Shown here piece after piece: positions 49,466 through 62,505 of a DNA stretch of 64,000 nucleotides. The translations under genes and the position numbers were made by a program. This stretch comes from Narcine bancroftii. Taxonomy: Eukaryota. Location: assembly GCF_036971445.1 (NCBI RefSeq), contig NC_091471.1:26536001-26600000 (forward strand), read 5' to 3'. Below the pieces are notes generated by a model, which was not told the DNA's origin, searched no databases, and saw only the letters and a list, made by a program, of their open reading frames with translations. Every line of letters begins with the position of its first letter. Position 1 is the stretch's first letter.

Positions 49466-52040
49466 AATGAAGGTGGTTGTAATAAATTTGTACTATGAGC
49501 TCCTGTTTTAGTAAAATGGGATTATCAATGTAAGGGATAGTATAGGCAGGAGGAACTGAATAGTCAGTTAACATTTCACACAAGCACCATCACAACACAA
49601 ATCACAGCCCAGCAACAATTCGATACATTGGAAGAACTTGAGGGAAGGTTTGTCACATTCTGTTCCAGAATTCAATACATTTGCAAAGGCATTGTGATTT
49701 TGCAAAAGGAGAGCCATTCTGACTGCTGAAGAGAAAACAGCTTTTGGAATCAACTCTTGTGACCAACCATTTTTGTGGAATTCAGGTGAAAGTATACTCT
49801 GAATGACTGGATCTTTTTGATGAATTGATTTGTGCAAGAAGGGTCTTTTTGGGAAGCAAAGTGCTTCAATTTGAAGGTAACTAACAGTGGAGGTGACTTG
49901 GAGAGACTGATTAATTTTAAGTGTGACTAGCAGTGAAGTTACTTGGAGAAAGTGGTGCCAGAGTTTTGGAAGCTTCATGGAGGCTGCCCAATTCAAGTCT
50001 TGCCTACAAAAGAACCAGGAATGTTATGACCACAGCCCATGGGATGGCAATGCAAGAAGTTGTGTGTCTGTAGCAGCCACAACTCCAGTCTTCCCATCAG
50101 TTCAACATTAATTCTCAGCATAAAATTTCAAAGGCCTACACTTCAACAGTGAATTTGAAAGACTGATCTTTGAAATAACTTTCTAGATTTTGACCTAGAG
50201 TGTAATGGTTTGGGTATCTCACTCACTCACACACATGACAGCTGCCCGTAGCTGGGGATAGATTAAGTGTTAAGTATAGTTTAAGAGTTAAGACTACAGC
50301 TTAAGAGTAAGAAATAAAATTAGTGGTTTAAAATTAAACACTGTCTGGTTCATTTTCTATTGCTGCTCGTTGCACACAGATTCATAACAAAATTGGGAGC
50401 TCATCGTCTGAGATTTTTACCACATTTGGAGCTAATTGAAGCTTAACCAAATTGGGGAGCTTATATTGTATGTACTACAGAAGGCAGCACAGAATTTGGT
50501 GCTTTGTAATCGATAAAATTTCGATTGGGTGGTTAAATTCCTTTTTGCAAGCTAACTCAGAGGCTTGGGTATGGATATTGAATGATTTTTGGAGTCACCA
50601 TTTCCTGAAGAGTTGCAGAAGGCAAAAAAAAAAAGGATTTGATGAATAGTGCTCAACAGTTGAGACTTGCTAAAGGAAAATTATCCCTGAGAAGGGTGGA
50701 GATAAAGGAAATATTTAGAAGAGGGAAAATTTGAAGAGGCTGAGTTAGAGAAATTTCCTGAGAGTAAATCCATTAAGCAGCAGCTGGTGTTGGAAAGGAC
50801 TGAGGAGGCAGAGAAAAAAGAATGGAAATGGAGTTAGAGGAAAAAGAGAGACAAAGGACGAAGCAGAGCAGAGACAGAGGAGATTTCTACCTTCAAGTCC
50901 AAATGAGAAGTTTGTAGCCAGTAGAGGTGAGATTAGTTCCTCCATTTGATGAAAGTGAAATTGATAAATACTTTCAACATTTTGAAAAAGGTCACTGGAA
51001 GTTTAAAATGGCCACGAGATCAGGGGTCCCTCATGATACAAAGTATAATTAAAGGGAAAGCACAGCAGGTTTACTCAGCCCTTACTACAGAACAAGCTGG
51101 TAATTATAAGACAGTAAAAAAGCCATGCTTAAAGCTTACAATTGGTTCCTGAAGCTTACAGACAAAAATTCAGGACTTTGATTAAATCAATGAATCAATC
51201 TTGTATGGATTTTGCCAATGAAAAAGCTGTGTGCTTTGACCAATGGTGCACATCAAAAGAAATAAAGAATAATTAAAACAGATTAAGAAAACTGATGCTA
51301 GATGAAGAAATTAAAAGATTTGTTCCTGATTATATAAAACCATACAGATGAAAGAGAAGTAGGAACTTGGCAAGAATCTTGGCAAGATGAGTATGCTCTG
51401 ACCCACAAGGTCAAGTTTATACCCAATAAAAACTTTCAAAAGGTTAATGTGGTTCATCCCAGTAAAATTGAAAATAAATCAGAAAAAAATGACAGAATTA
51501 AGGTCAAAGGGAAACAGGAAAGGGAAAACCTTTCAGGACCCCTTTGTTATCATTATATAAAACTTGGTCATGTGATGGCAAATTGTGACAAGTTGAAAAA
51601 GAAATAGGCAGCACCAGATGTCTGTATTCAAAAAGATGAGAGAACTGGAAACAAAATGTTTTGGATCTGCTGACAATATTAGGGATTCGTTTAAATATTT
51701 TGTGTCAAAGGGTTTAGTTTTGGTAAAGGAAAGGGCCCCACAAGTGCCGGTGAACATTCTTTGAGATACCGGGGCAGCCCAATCACTTGCGTTTGGCAGT
51801 GTTTGGAGTTTGGTGATGAGATTGCCATGGTGAAACAAATTTAATCCAAGGTTTGGGAGGTGAAACAGAGCCAGTATCTTTGCAGAGGATATTGCTGGTC
51901 AGAAATAATTAATGGGATTATTACTATCAGGATTCCAGTGAGTTCATTGATGGAGTTCCATTGATTTTGGGGAATGACTTGGCAGAAGGTTAAGTGGGTC
52001 CTGTGGTCAAATTGACAGAGAAGCTAGCTATTGATGAGGT

Positions 52041-52322
52041 TATAACAGCCTGCAAACTGAGTCATGACCCAGCTCACAAACAGCCAATGAAAGTGGCAAT
52101 CATGAGGGCCATGCAGAGACCAAAGGCTGTCGTCCCATGTGACCTCCTGCACGGCGGGAAACGGAAGGAACGTCGGCCTGTCAGAGGCCAGCGCTACGAT
52201 GGCATCACTCTGGTCTTCAGAGGCAGGAAGTGAATATAAACAGAGCAATAAATCAGTCTTCAACTTCGACTTGACTGTGTGTGTCATTCTTACACCACAC
52301 TTCGCGTAGCACACATGCTCCA
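52041..52322 (+). mobile_element. Short solo LTR nested in the Gmr1-like element
   Basis: TATAAC...GCTCCA (decayed TGT...ACA), TATA-like and AATAAA motifs, TSD AGGT. Confidence 0.65.
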
Positions 52323-52631
52323 AGGTAAAGACAGATTTTGAAATCTATCTGGCCTGAGCAGTGACTCAGGCAATAGCAAAGAAACTTGATAAGGAAGGTA
52401 AAATTACTGATAAGGCAGAACAGTTTTTAGATTGTGTGGTTTTGTCAGAAACTTTTCTTGTAGACCGGGATATTAATGTTGAACCTGAAAGTAAGGAATT
52501 TTCTTTATCACTAAAGGAATTGATAGGAAAACAGGAAAGATATTGATCTTGCTGAGGTGAGAAATAAGGTTTTATATGAGGAGGAAATTCATAAAGTGCC
52601 AGTTGGTGTGCTTATGAAACAGTGGAGACCG

Positions 52632-52635
<4 letters not shown>

Positions 52636-52663
<28 letters not shown>
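52636..52663. repeat. (TA)n microsatellite
   Basis: Direct observation. Confidence 0.95.
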
Positions 52664-52673
52664 CTGCTAATGA

Positions 52674-52870
52674 AGAGCCCACCTCACTGACAAAAGGCAA
52701 AGGAGGAAAAACCCAACACCCAACCCCAACCAACCAATTTTCCCTTGCAACCGCTGCAATCGTGTCTGCCTGTCCCGCATCGGACTGGTCAGCCACAAAC
52801 GAGCCTGCAGCTGACGTGGACTTTTTACCCCCTCCATAAATCTTCGTCCGCGAAGCCAAGCCAAAGAAGA
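52674..52870 (+). mobile_element. Young RTE 3' fragment
   Basis: Nearly identical to 55096-55290. Confidence 0.92.
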
Positions 52871-54861
52871 GTTCCTAAAAGCATATAGGAATGAATTTTT
52901 CAACAGCCCATAGCACACCCTTGGGTGGTCATTTTGGAATAAAGACTGTAGATAAATAACAAAACTAGTTTTAAGGAGGGACATTGTGACTTTTTGTAGG
53001 ATATGGCACATTTGTCAGGTATTGGATAAACCTAATCAGGAACTGCCAAAGGCACCATTACAACTTTTACCTGTTTGTGGAGAACTCTTTTCTGGAGTTA
53101 TTGTGGATTGTGTTGGTCTGTTGCCCAAGGCAAAAAATGGAAATTAGTACTTGTTAACTGTCATGTGTTCCGCTTCCAGGTTTCCAGAAGCTGTTCCCCT
53201 TAAGTACATAAAAGCTAAATCCATAACCAAAGTTTTGGTTAAAATTTTACACTGGTGCGATTACCTAAGGAAATTCAGTCGGATCAAGGAAATAATTTTA
53301 TGTCAGGACTTTTCCAACAAATTATTTATATATTGGGAGTTAAACAAATTACATCATCTGCATATCATCTTGAAACTCAAGGAGACCTAGAGAGATTTCA
53401 TTCAACACTCAAGACCATGATGAGGATTTATTGCTGTGATAATGAGAATGATTGGGGTGAGAGTGTCCATTTGTTTCTGTTTGCAGTAAGAGAGTCTGTA
53501 CAGAAATCATTAGGCTTCAGTCCTTTTGGCTGGTGTTCAGACATCAAGTTAGAAGACCTTTAATGTTGTTGAAAGAACAATGGGTTAATGAGGATATGCA
53601 GTTAAATTTATTGGATTATGTTTGTAAATTCAAAGACCGATTGCAGAAAGTCTGGGAATTGGCTCAAGAGAATCTGAATGTGGCTCAAGGAAAGATGAAA
53701 ATCTGATATGATAAGAAAGCTGGAGAGAGGAATTTTCAGAAGGGAGATAATTCTTTTCCAAATAAACTCTAATCCATTGAGGAGATTTTCAGGACCATAT
53801 TAAATAGAATCAAAGATTAATGAAGTCAATTATGTAGTTAAAACTCCAGATCAGAGACACAAAACAAAATTGTCACATAAATTTGGGTGTTAGTAAGGAA
53901 CGACCTTCCTCAGAGGTATTGGTTGTTGACAAGATTAAGGAATCGATGGATCATGAGACAGTACAAGCTGACTCTTGTGAGGGTCACTTTAAAAAAAGCA
54001 TTGTTCTAGTTCGGCTGTCTAATTCAATCGTATTGCAGAATCTGGATGATAAGTTGGATCATCCCCAACCCCAGGAAAAGAAGCAATTGAAAAGCTACTT
54101 TTAAAATTTAAAAATTTGTTTCCAGATGTACCTCAAAGAATACCTCAAACAAGTCCTATAAAACAACACCCCTATTGAATAAATGATTGAAAAGAGTAAA
54201 ATAATGCATCAGGAGGTGAAATACATATTGGAAAATGATATTATTAGACCTTCAAACCCAAATTGGAGTTTTCCTTGTGTTCTGGTACCTAAAACAGATT
54301 CTGTACTGATTACAGAAAGGTTAATGCAGTAACCAATACAAAAACTTATTCCATTCCTAGAATTGATGATTGTATTGATAAAATTAGAAAAGTTAAATCT
54401 CTTACTAAGTGGATCTGTTGAAGGGTTACTGGTGTGTGCCACTAACTGAAACAGGAAGGGATATTTCCACATTTGTGACACCATCAGGCTTGAACAAATA
54501 TAATGTGCGACCTTTTGGCATGAAAAAATGCCACAGTGACATTCCAAAGGATGATAAGTTCTGTAATCCAAGGTTTAAAACATACAGGTGCTTATGTTGA
54601 TAACTTGGTCACAAAAAGTGACACTTGGGAAGAACATATGATGGAATTGGAGAAAGAATAGGCAAGATTATCCAAAGCAAACTTAACTGTCAAATTAGCT
54701 AAAAGTGAATTTGGATATGCTACTGTGACACACTTAGGACATGTAGTTGGTCGGGGCAAAGTTGTGCCTATTCAAGTGAAAATGCAGGCCATTTCTGAAT
54801 TCCTTACTCCCAATGGCAAGAAAGCAGTGAGAAGGTTTTTAGGAATGACAGAATATTATAT

Positions 54862-55292
54862 ATGGGTCACGTCTCCAGAATGGAGGACCATCGCCTTCCC
54901 AAGATCGTGTTATATGGCGAGCTCTCCACTGGCCACCGTGACAGAGGTGCACCAAAGAAAAGGTACAAGGACTGCCTAAAGAAATCTCTTGGTGCCTGCC
55001 ACATTGACCACCGCCAGTGGGCTGATAACGCCTCAAACCGTGCATCTTGGCGCCTCACAGTTTGGCGGGCAGCAACCTCCTTTGAAGAAGACCGCAGAGC
55101 CCACCTCACTGACAAAAGGCAAAGGAGGAAAAACCCAACACCCAACCCCAACCAACCAATTTTCCCTTGCAACCGCTGCAATCGTGTCTGCCTGTCCCGC
55201 ATCGGACTTGTCAGCCACAAACGAGCCTGCAGCTGACGTGGACTTTTTACCCCCTCCATAAATCTTCGTCCGCGAAGCCAAGCCAAAGAAAG
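54862..55292 (+). mobile_element. Young RTE 3' fragment
   Basis: ORF 54862..55236 GHVSRMEDHRLPKIVLYGEL...CNRCNRVCLSRIGLVSHKRACS. Confidence 0.93.
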
Positions 55293-57589
55293 ATTATAGT
55301 AACAATAATGAAGGTATTATTTAATGTTGTAGATTGCAGTTAAAAATTTTGTCTTAAAGCTCAATTTTTTCTTGTTGAGGGGAGGTATTAAGAGCTCCTG
55401 TTTTAGTAAAATGGAATTGTCACGGTAAGGGATAGTACAGGTAAGAGGAACTGAACAGTCACAGTTAACATTTAACATAAGCACATCACAACATAAGTCA
55501 CGGCCCAGTGACAATTCAATACATTGGAAGAGCTGAAGGAACGTTTGTCACAGTCTGTCCAGAATTCAATATATTTGCAAAGGCATTGTGATTTTACAAA
55601 GGGAGAACCTTTGCTGGAGAGAAAACAGCTTTTTGAACCAGCTCTCGTGGCCAGCCATTTTAGTGGAATTCAGAGAAAAGCATGATCTGTGAATGACTGG
55701 GCCTTTTTGGCAAATTGACCTGTGCCAGGAGAGTGTTTTTGGGAAGTAAAGTGCTTCATTTTGTTTGTGGCTAACAATGGAGGTCACTTGGAGAGACTGC
55801 TTCATTTTAAGTGTGACTAGCAGTCAAGTTACTTGGAGAGACTGGAGCCAGAGTCTTGGAAGCTTCATGGAAGCCACCCAGTTGCCTACAAAAGGATCAG
55901 GACTGTTATGACCACAGCTTGTGTGGATGGGCATTTCTTTAAAGGCAATGTAAGAATTAGTGAGTCTGGAGCAGCCACAATTCCACTCTTCCCATCAGTT
56001 CAACATTAATTCTGGGCATCAAGTTTCAAAGGCCTACACTTCAACACGGAATTTGAAAAACTGAACTTTGAAGTAACTTTCTAGATTTTGCTGGACTGTA
56101 ATGGTTTGGGTATATAACACACACACACACACACACACATGGCTGGGGATAGATTTAGTGTTAAGACTAGTTTAAGAACTAAGACCATGACTTTAAGAAA
56201 TAAAATTAATGTTTTAAAATTAAACATTGGCTAGTTCACTGTCTACTGCTGCTCATTACATGCAGTTCGTAACAGTTAAATAAAAATACAGAATTTTTTT
56301 TACTGCAGTGGGAAATTCCTTTAGGAATGAAGGAATTTCATGAGCTTATACACTTATACCCTTAATATCCTTCAGATGTTCACAATGTTTTAGTGCATTC
56401 TAGGAAACTCTGATGTCAGAAAAATACCATACCAGTCAACTGAAATCTTAATTGAAAAGGATATTCCTCAAATATCTTAGTTGCTATGAATTATCAAAAT
56501 TAGACCATATATCAATAAAAAAAAACAAATGGAATCAGCATACTTGCTCTGCTATTCTTCTGATAATAGCTTTCAGGGCAGAATGGGACATAGAAATTAA
56601 AAATGGCAAGTCATCCTAATCCATGAGGTTTAGGATTAAGTAGTACATGTATTTGAATTAAGAGTCAAAAAAATCAGGTGAGGAAGAGAAACGAAGAAAA
56701 TGACTGGATAGCAGGAAATTTTTAAAAATCAATGGAGAGATAAAGAAGAAAATCTGCTAATATTTACCTGGAAAGTAGTTTAAACATATGTGAACAATTG
56801 TTGCCCTGACCTTTGGAGTTTGCTAGGTACTGAACGTGAATCAGCAAGTTCTTTAAAGTAAGTGAAAGGTTGATGACGTGTACTGCTTATACAAGATAGA
56901 TAGAGAGCACTTTAAAATCATCCAACTTGTAAACATTCAGAAGACATGATACAATTCTGCTATTTCAACTTTAATAGCATGTTATGAAAGTTATTTGCCC
57001 CGGAAAATGCAGCCCAATATTTAAAAGCGATATTCTCAATTTTGCATGAAGGCATGTACATTTTAATCATCATCTTTTCTCACAACCTGGTGCTTAACAG
57101 TACTGAAGAGCAGTGAAGAGTTTCAGTCACAAATCCACACAAATGGGTACAGAGGGATACACCAGAGGACCTCAGTAGGGACCATTTTCAAGGAGATGTT
57201 TAACTGTGCAGTTCCAATGGGGTCATCTGATTGCAGCGATTGTGGAAGTCAAGTCCAGGGTCTTTCTCAATTACTTCTGTCAGTGGCAAAGAGCCAATCC
57301 TTATCTCATCATGAGAATTCCATCAGTCTAGAGGTACAGTTGATGTGAACTTTATTGCATGAAAACGCCAAGAAAACGCACATAACAGCACCATACACTA
57401 TGCATGGCATGCTTCAACATGACTGTAATTTTTGACTCTATCAAATAATAGATCATGGAGCAGCTTCCTTAAATTTGGCTGTACATTGAAATGACTTAGT
57501 TATTAGTCAATGATGCTCATCAACAGGCCCAAAAGAAATGCAATCCTAGTAAAGACTAGCATCAAAGAAGAATGCATCACAATCATTCA

Positions 57590-58290
57590 CATGATGCTTG
57601 TGTTAACACATGCTTGGAGGACTCAAATAAATGAACTCATTTACCGAAGCAATTGAAAGATTGAGCCTTATGCTCAATATCCTCAGAACAGGTCCTCATC
57701 CTATCTGACCTGCACTACACGGTTCGACAATAGCAATTCACAGAGACCTGGAAAATGACAGCGAGATCTTGATGATGGCAGGTATCACTGATGAAACTTA
57801 CCACTGCCTTCAAAGCACCAGCACAGCCTTTGACCAATTGAAAACCCGCTACTTGCTGTTCAAAACTACAGATTCAGAATAAAACCCATGGTCCATCAGG
57901 CAGGGATCTCTGCCTTCTAAACACTGCTGAGACCTAGTTTAGCTAAAGCAGATGTTATTTCTCGATCTAAAGACTTGGGAGCACAGCCAAATGAAAAGAA
58001 AGATGTTAGTATTTTCGCATCATCAAAACCCAAAGGGGGCCTACTTTGCCGCAGCCCCTTTTACAACTTGCAAGTAGTACCAGGAATTAACAGCCAATCC
58101 GCCTAAAAAGGATCTAGTATGACAAAAAAATCTTCTCAACACCAGCTTGAGATTACATCATCTCACGCCAGGGATAGACTGCCTCGACCCCTAAGTGTTT
58201 ACAGATGCCGGCGTTGTAATCAGGCAAGCACAGAACAGGCAACTGCATTCTGGGATAGGAATGACCCAAGTTTTTGCGTGAATGAAGGAA
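57590..58290 (+). mobile_element. Old, heavily decayed RTE-like LINE
   Basis: Remnants resembling RTE RT and 3' end (aaagcaccagcacagcctttg; gatagactgcct). Confidence 0.4.
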
Positions 58291-59292
58291 CATAGAAACA
58301 TAGAAGATAGGAGCAGGAGTAGGTCATTCGACCCTTCGAGCCTGCTCCGCCATTCAACGAGATCATGGCTGATCTTAAAGTTCAGTACCCCGTCCCCGCC
58401 TTTTCTCCGTAACCTTTAATACCCTTATACTGAAGAAATAGATCTAATTCCCTCAAATATATTTAATGAACCTGCCTCTACTGCCCTCTGTAGCAATGAA
58501 TTCCACAGATTCACCACCCTCTGGGTCAAGAAATTCCTCCTCATCTCGGTCCTAAATGGTTTGCCTATTATCCTCGAACCATGGCCCCGGGTTCTGGATT
58601 TTCCCATCATTGGAAACATCCCATCTGCATCCATTCTGTCCAGTCCTGCCAGAATTTTATAGGTCTCTATGAGATCCCCTCTCAATCTTCTAAACTCCAG
58701 TGAGTACAATCCCAATTTGCGCAATCTTTCCTCATAAGTCATTCCTGCCATTCCAGGTATCAGCCTGGTGAATCGCCTCTGCACTCCCTCCATTGCAAGA
58801 ACATCCTTCCTTAGATAAGGTGACAAAAACTGCACACAGTACTCCAGGTGGGGTCTCACCAAGGCCCTGTACAGCTGCAGTAAGGTATCCTTGTTCCTAT
58901 ACTCAAACCCTCTTGATATGAAGGCCAACATACCATTTGCCTTTTTAACCGCCTGCTGTACCTGCATGCTCGCCTTCAGAGACTGGTGTACAAGTACCCA
59001 TAGGTCTCTCTGCACTTCCCCATCTCTTAATCTATTGTCATTCAAATAGTAATCTGCCCTCCGGTTTGTATTACCAAAGTGGATAACCTCATATTTATCC
59101 ACATTGTAGTGCATTTGCCATGTATCTGCCCAGTCCCTCAATTTATCCAAAGCACAATGGAGCTTCCTGACCCCCCTCTTCTGTGAACACAACCCCTCCT
59201 AGCTTAGTGTCATCTGCAAATTTGGAGATATTACATCCAATCCCCTCATCCAGATCATTAATGTAAATTGTGAACAGCTAGGGTCCCAGTAC
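58291..59292 (-). mobile_element. Young 5'-truncated CR1 LINE
   Basis: Open 255-aa ORF 58425..59192 (LVRPHLEYCVQF, RRLRGDLIETYKI); (TTCTATGT)n tail; 9-bp TSD ATGAAGGAA (58282-58290 and 59293-59301). Confidence 0.92.
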
Positions 59293-60585
59293 ATGAAGGA
59301 AGATTAAATGATGGTGTACACTTTGCCGTGGAAAGTCGTAGCAGGAGAGAGAGAAAATAATTAGCAATAAATAGCAATAGTGGAGAATTTTTACAGTGTG
59401 GGAAAGTTGGTAATGCTTTAGATATAATTTATAAAGACAGAAGAAAAACCGATGGCGGACCTGTCTTCCCAGAATGCCGTGCGGCAGAGAAATCCCTCCA
59501 TGAGTGTTCCATGCATACAGTCACACAGAATTCTGGGAGGGTAGGTTCGCTATCGCTTTTTCCCTACGGTCTTTATAAATTGTGCGTGATAGCGCTACCA
59601 ACTTTCCCATGCTGTTTAAAAATTGTCCACTATTGTTATTTATTGCTGGCACTTCCCCACGTCCCTTATAAAGGTTTATATAGGTTGGCACAACAACAAG
59701 AGGCTGAATGGTTCATACTGTGCTGTACATCAAGCTTAATTATGTTATAATTAGGCGTGATTAACTTTGTTCAAATGCAAGACAATACATTGATCACGAT
59801 TTAGGGCAGGTCCACCATTGCTTGATGCGTAATGATGTCACGGGTAGAAGGTCGAACAGTCCTAACCCCAGGGATGGCCCCTTGCAAGTGTGAATGTGTG
59901 CAGTGTCCTAGTTAAGAATGGTCAAGTGTGAACAGCAAAAATGCCATTCCTATCCCAGGACACTGAACGGCTGATTTAGTGGGATGCAAGTGTAAAAGGG
60001 GCTTCTGATACAAAGACTCAATGCCTCCAATAAGGCTTTCCTAACAAGGGCCATTTCCCCAATAATTTAGGGCTCTTAAAAAAATCTCCATTAATATCAG
60101 ATGTTGGATATAAATTATTGCAACCAAAAATAGTGAATGGTAACATCAAAAACAACACAGTGCTGGAATCCACAAATATGACAATGGCAAACATAATCAC
60201 AGTCTCAGACCCATAGTCTCTGATTACTATCAGTTTCAGATATAGGCGTGGATGGTGATGAAAACTGGTTCAATTTCCTTTCAATATACATCTGCATTTT
60301 AAAAACACAGATTTCTTTGAGCTTTTTAGTAAAATTGTCTGCATGTAATGCAGAATTCCACATAAATGACTTCTGCTCAGTAAGAAAATGAAAAGACTGA
60401 GCCAGAGAAAAACATAACTCATAAGAAAGAACAGTTCCAGAAAATGAAGAACACCAAAAATAATTAAATTTCTGCTAATGGAAAAATCAAAATACAACAT
60501 CACCTATTCTTACAAACCTTATTCCAGGTAGGTAAATTGAATGCTAACTCAAATTCCTTTGACAAAAGAGTGGACATGAACTTAC

Positions 60586-60728
60586 CCGATCAATGGCTTT
60601 TCCTACTCGTGAAACACTGCAGTGAATGTCCTTGTGGTCGGAGGCCAGTTTTTGAACTGTGTCCTTTATTCTTTTGCAACACTGAGACAAAACAAGCGAC
60701 AAGGTCCCTGACAACTCAACATCTTGAC
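60586..60728 (-). CDS. RMND5A: RMND5A exon 2 (143 nt)
   Basis: ttag|GT CAA GAT...GAT CGG|gtaag; encodes (G)[47 protein letters not shown], near-identical to vertebrate RMND5A. Confidence 0.95.
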
Positions 60729-61129
60729 CTAATGCCAATTAGAAAAGGAAAAAGATATATTTTAATTTTTATAAACTGGTAAATTCATTCCATAATCCCT
60801 ATATTGGTAATTTAGCAATATTCTAAACATGCATTGTATGTTTTTGTCCTCTAATAACTTCAGTGAACTATTAATCAACAGTTCAACCTGGTGCAAGTTA
60901 TGGTTTAACAGCACCCTGGTAAGTCCAAACTAACTGACTCAATGTGCGTCACTTTAGATTTTTTTTTAATTTCAATTCAAAGAATATGAATATTGGAAAC
61001 AAAATTATTATTTGTAGGCTTTAAACTTCTGATTCAATCCGAAATTTAAGGTAATTCGTATACATAGCACAAGCAATTTTGTTTTTAAAGCTGTGAATAG
61101 TTATTTAGAACACAATGCTTGAAAAGGCA

Positions 61130-62505
61130 ACATAAGAACATAAGAAATAGGAGCAGGAGTTGGACATCTGGCCAGTCAAGTCTGCTCTGCCATTCAATAT
61201 GATCACAGCTGATCTGGCTGTGAACTCAGCTTTCTTGATTACCTGTTGCATTGAAACCAATCTTTTACAATTCATGCACAAGTACTCCCTGGCCCTCTGT
61301 ACAACAGCATTCTGCAACTTTTCATTATTTACAGTAAATAATATGGTGATCTCCTATTTTTTTCTTCTCGAGTGGATGACCATGCATTTACCAACATTGT
61401 ACTCTATATCTGCCAGATCTTTTCCTCAAAAGATTTAATTCCCTTTACTCTGCAAAAATCCCTGTCTTAAATATATTTAATGAGGCAATCTCAACTACTT
61501 CCTTGGGCAGAGAATCCTACAGATTAACTACTCTGGGAAATACAGTTTCGCCTCATCTCGGTTCTTAATCTACTTCCCAAATATTGAGGCTATATCCCCT
61601 AATTCTAGTGTCACCTATCAGTGGAAACAACTTTCCTGCCTCTATCTTATTGATCCCTTTCACAATTTTAAATGTTTCTCGAAGGTCCCTTCTCATTCTT
61701 CTGAATTGCAGCGCATACAATACCAGAAGACTTGATCTCTCTTTGTAGGCCAACCCACGCATCTCTGGATTCATCCTGGTAAACCTCCTTTACACCACCT
61801 CCAAAGCCAGTATACATCTTTTCTCAAATAAAGAAACCAGAACTGTACACAGTACTCCAGATGTAGCCTTATCAGTAGCTTGTACAGTTGAAGAACCTCC
61901 CTGCTATTAAACTCAATATCTCTAGCAATGAAGGCAAACATTCCATTTGCTTTCTTGGTTACCTGTTGCATATGAAACCAATCTTTTACAATTCATGCAG
62001 AAGTACTCCCTGACCCTCTGTACAACAGCATTCTGCAACCTTTCACTATTACAGTATATAATATGGTGATCTATTTTTTTTCTTCTCAAGTGGATGACCG
62101 TGCATTTACCAACATTGTACTCCATATCTGCCAGATCTTTGCCCATTCTATATTTCCTTGCAGACTCTAAATCCTTGCACAATTTGATGCTCAACTCAGT
62201 GTACTGTTATCCTGCTCTCAGTCCCCTCTTCTACTTGTTAATGTATATCATGAACAGTTGAAGGCCTAGCACAAACCCCTGCAGCACTCCACTCACCATT
62301 AGTTGCGAACCAGACAAATCCCCATTTATCCTAACTCACTGCTTTCCATTGGTTAAGCACTCCTCTATGCATTCAAATATAACCATATGATAGAGGTGCA
62401 TGGAGCTAGAGGTAAAGTACTTTATGAGGCTCCTTATCGAATGTCTTCAGGAAATGCAAGTATACAACATTGACCTGTTCTCCTTTATCAACTCTGTTCA
62501 TTATT
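61130..62505 (-). mobile_element. Decayed CR1 LINE with an internal duplication
   Basis: KKANGMFAFIARDIEF, LIRLHLEYCVQFW; aacataagaacataagaa tail. Confidence 0.85.

Larger units (their letters stand above)
49491..56274 (+). mobile_element. Decayed Gmr1-like (Ty3/Gypsy) LTR retrotransposon: LTR 49491-50389, gag-PR-IN-RT, LTR 55386-56274
   Basis: Direct repeats of about 890 bp; tRNA-Pro-like PBS tgggagctc (about 50394); gag GKAQQVYSAL/VPEAYRQKFR; zinc knuckle CYHYIKLGHVMANC; protease DTGAAQS; integrase VDCVGLLP/SDQGNNF/LERFHSTLK (about 52900-53560); RT DLLKGYW/PFGMK/YVDN (about 54200-54860); PPT GAGGGGAGG (55377-55385). Confidence 0.9.

Noticed and set aside
59450-60020. CpG-containing segments near exon 2
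   Set aside because: Probably DNA-transposon remnants, but I could not define termini or a family.
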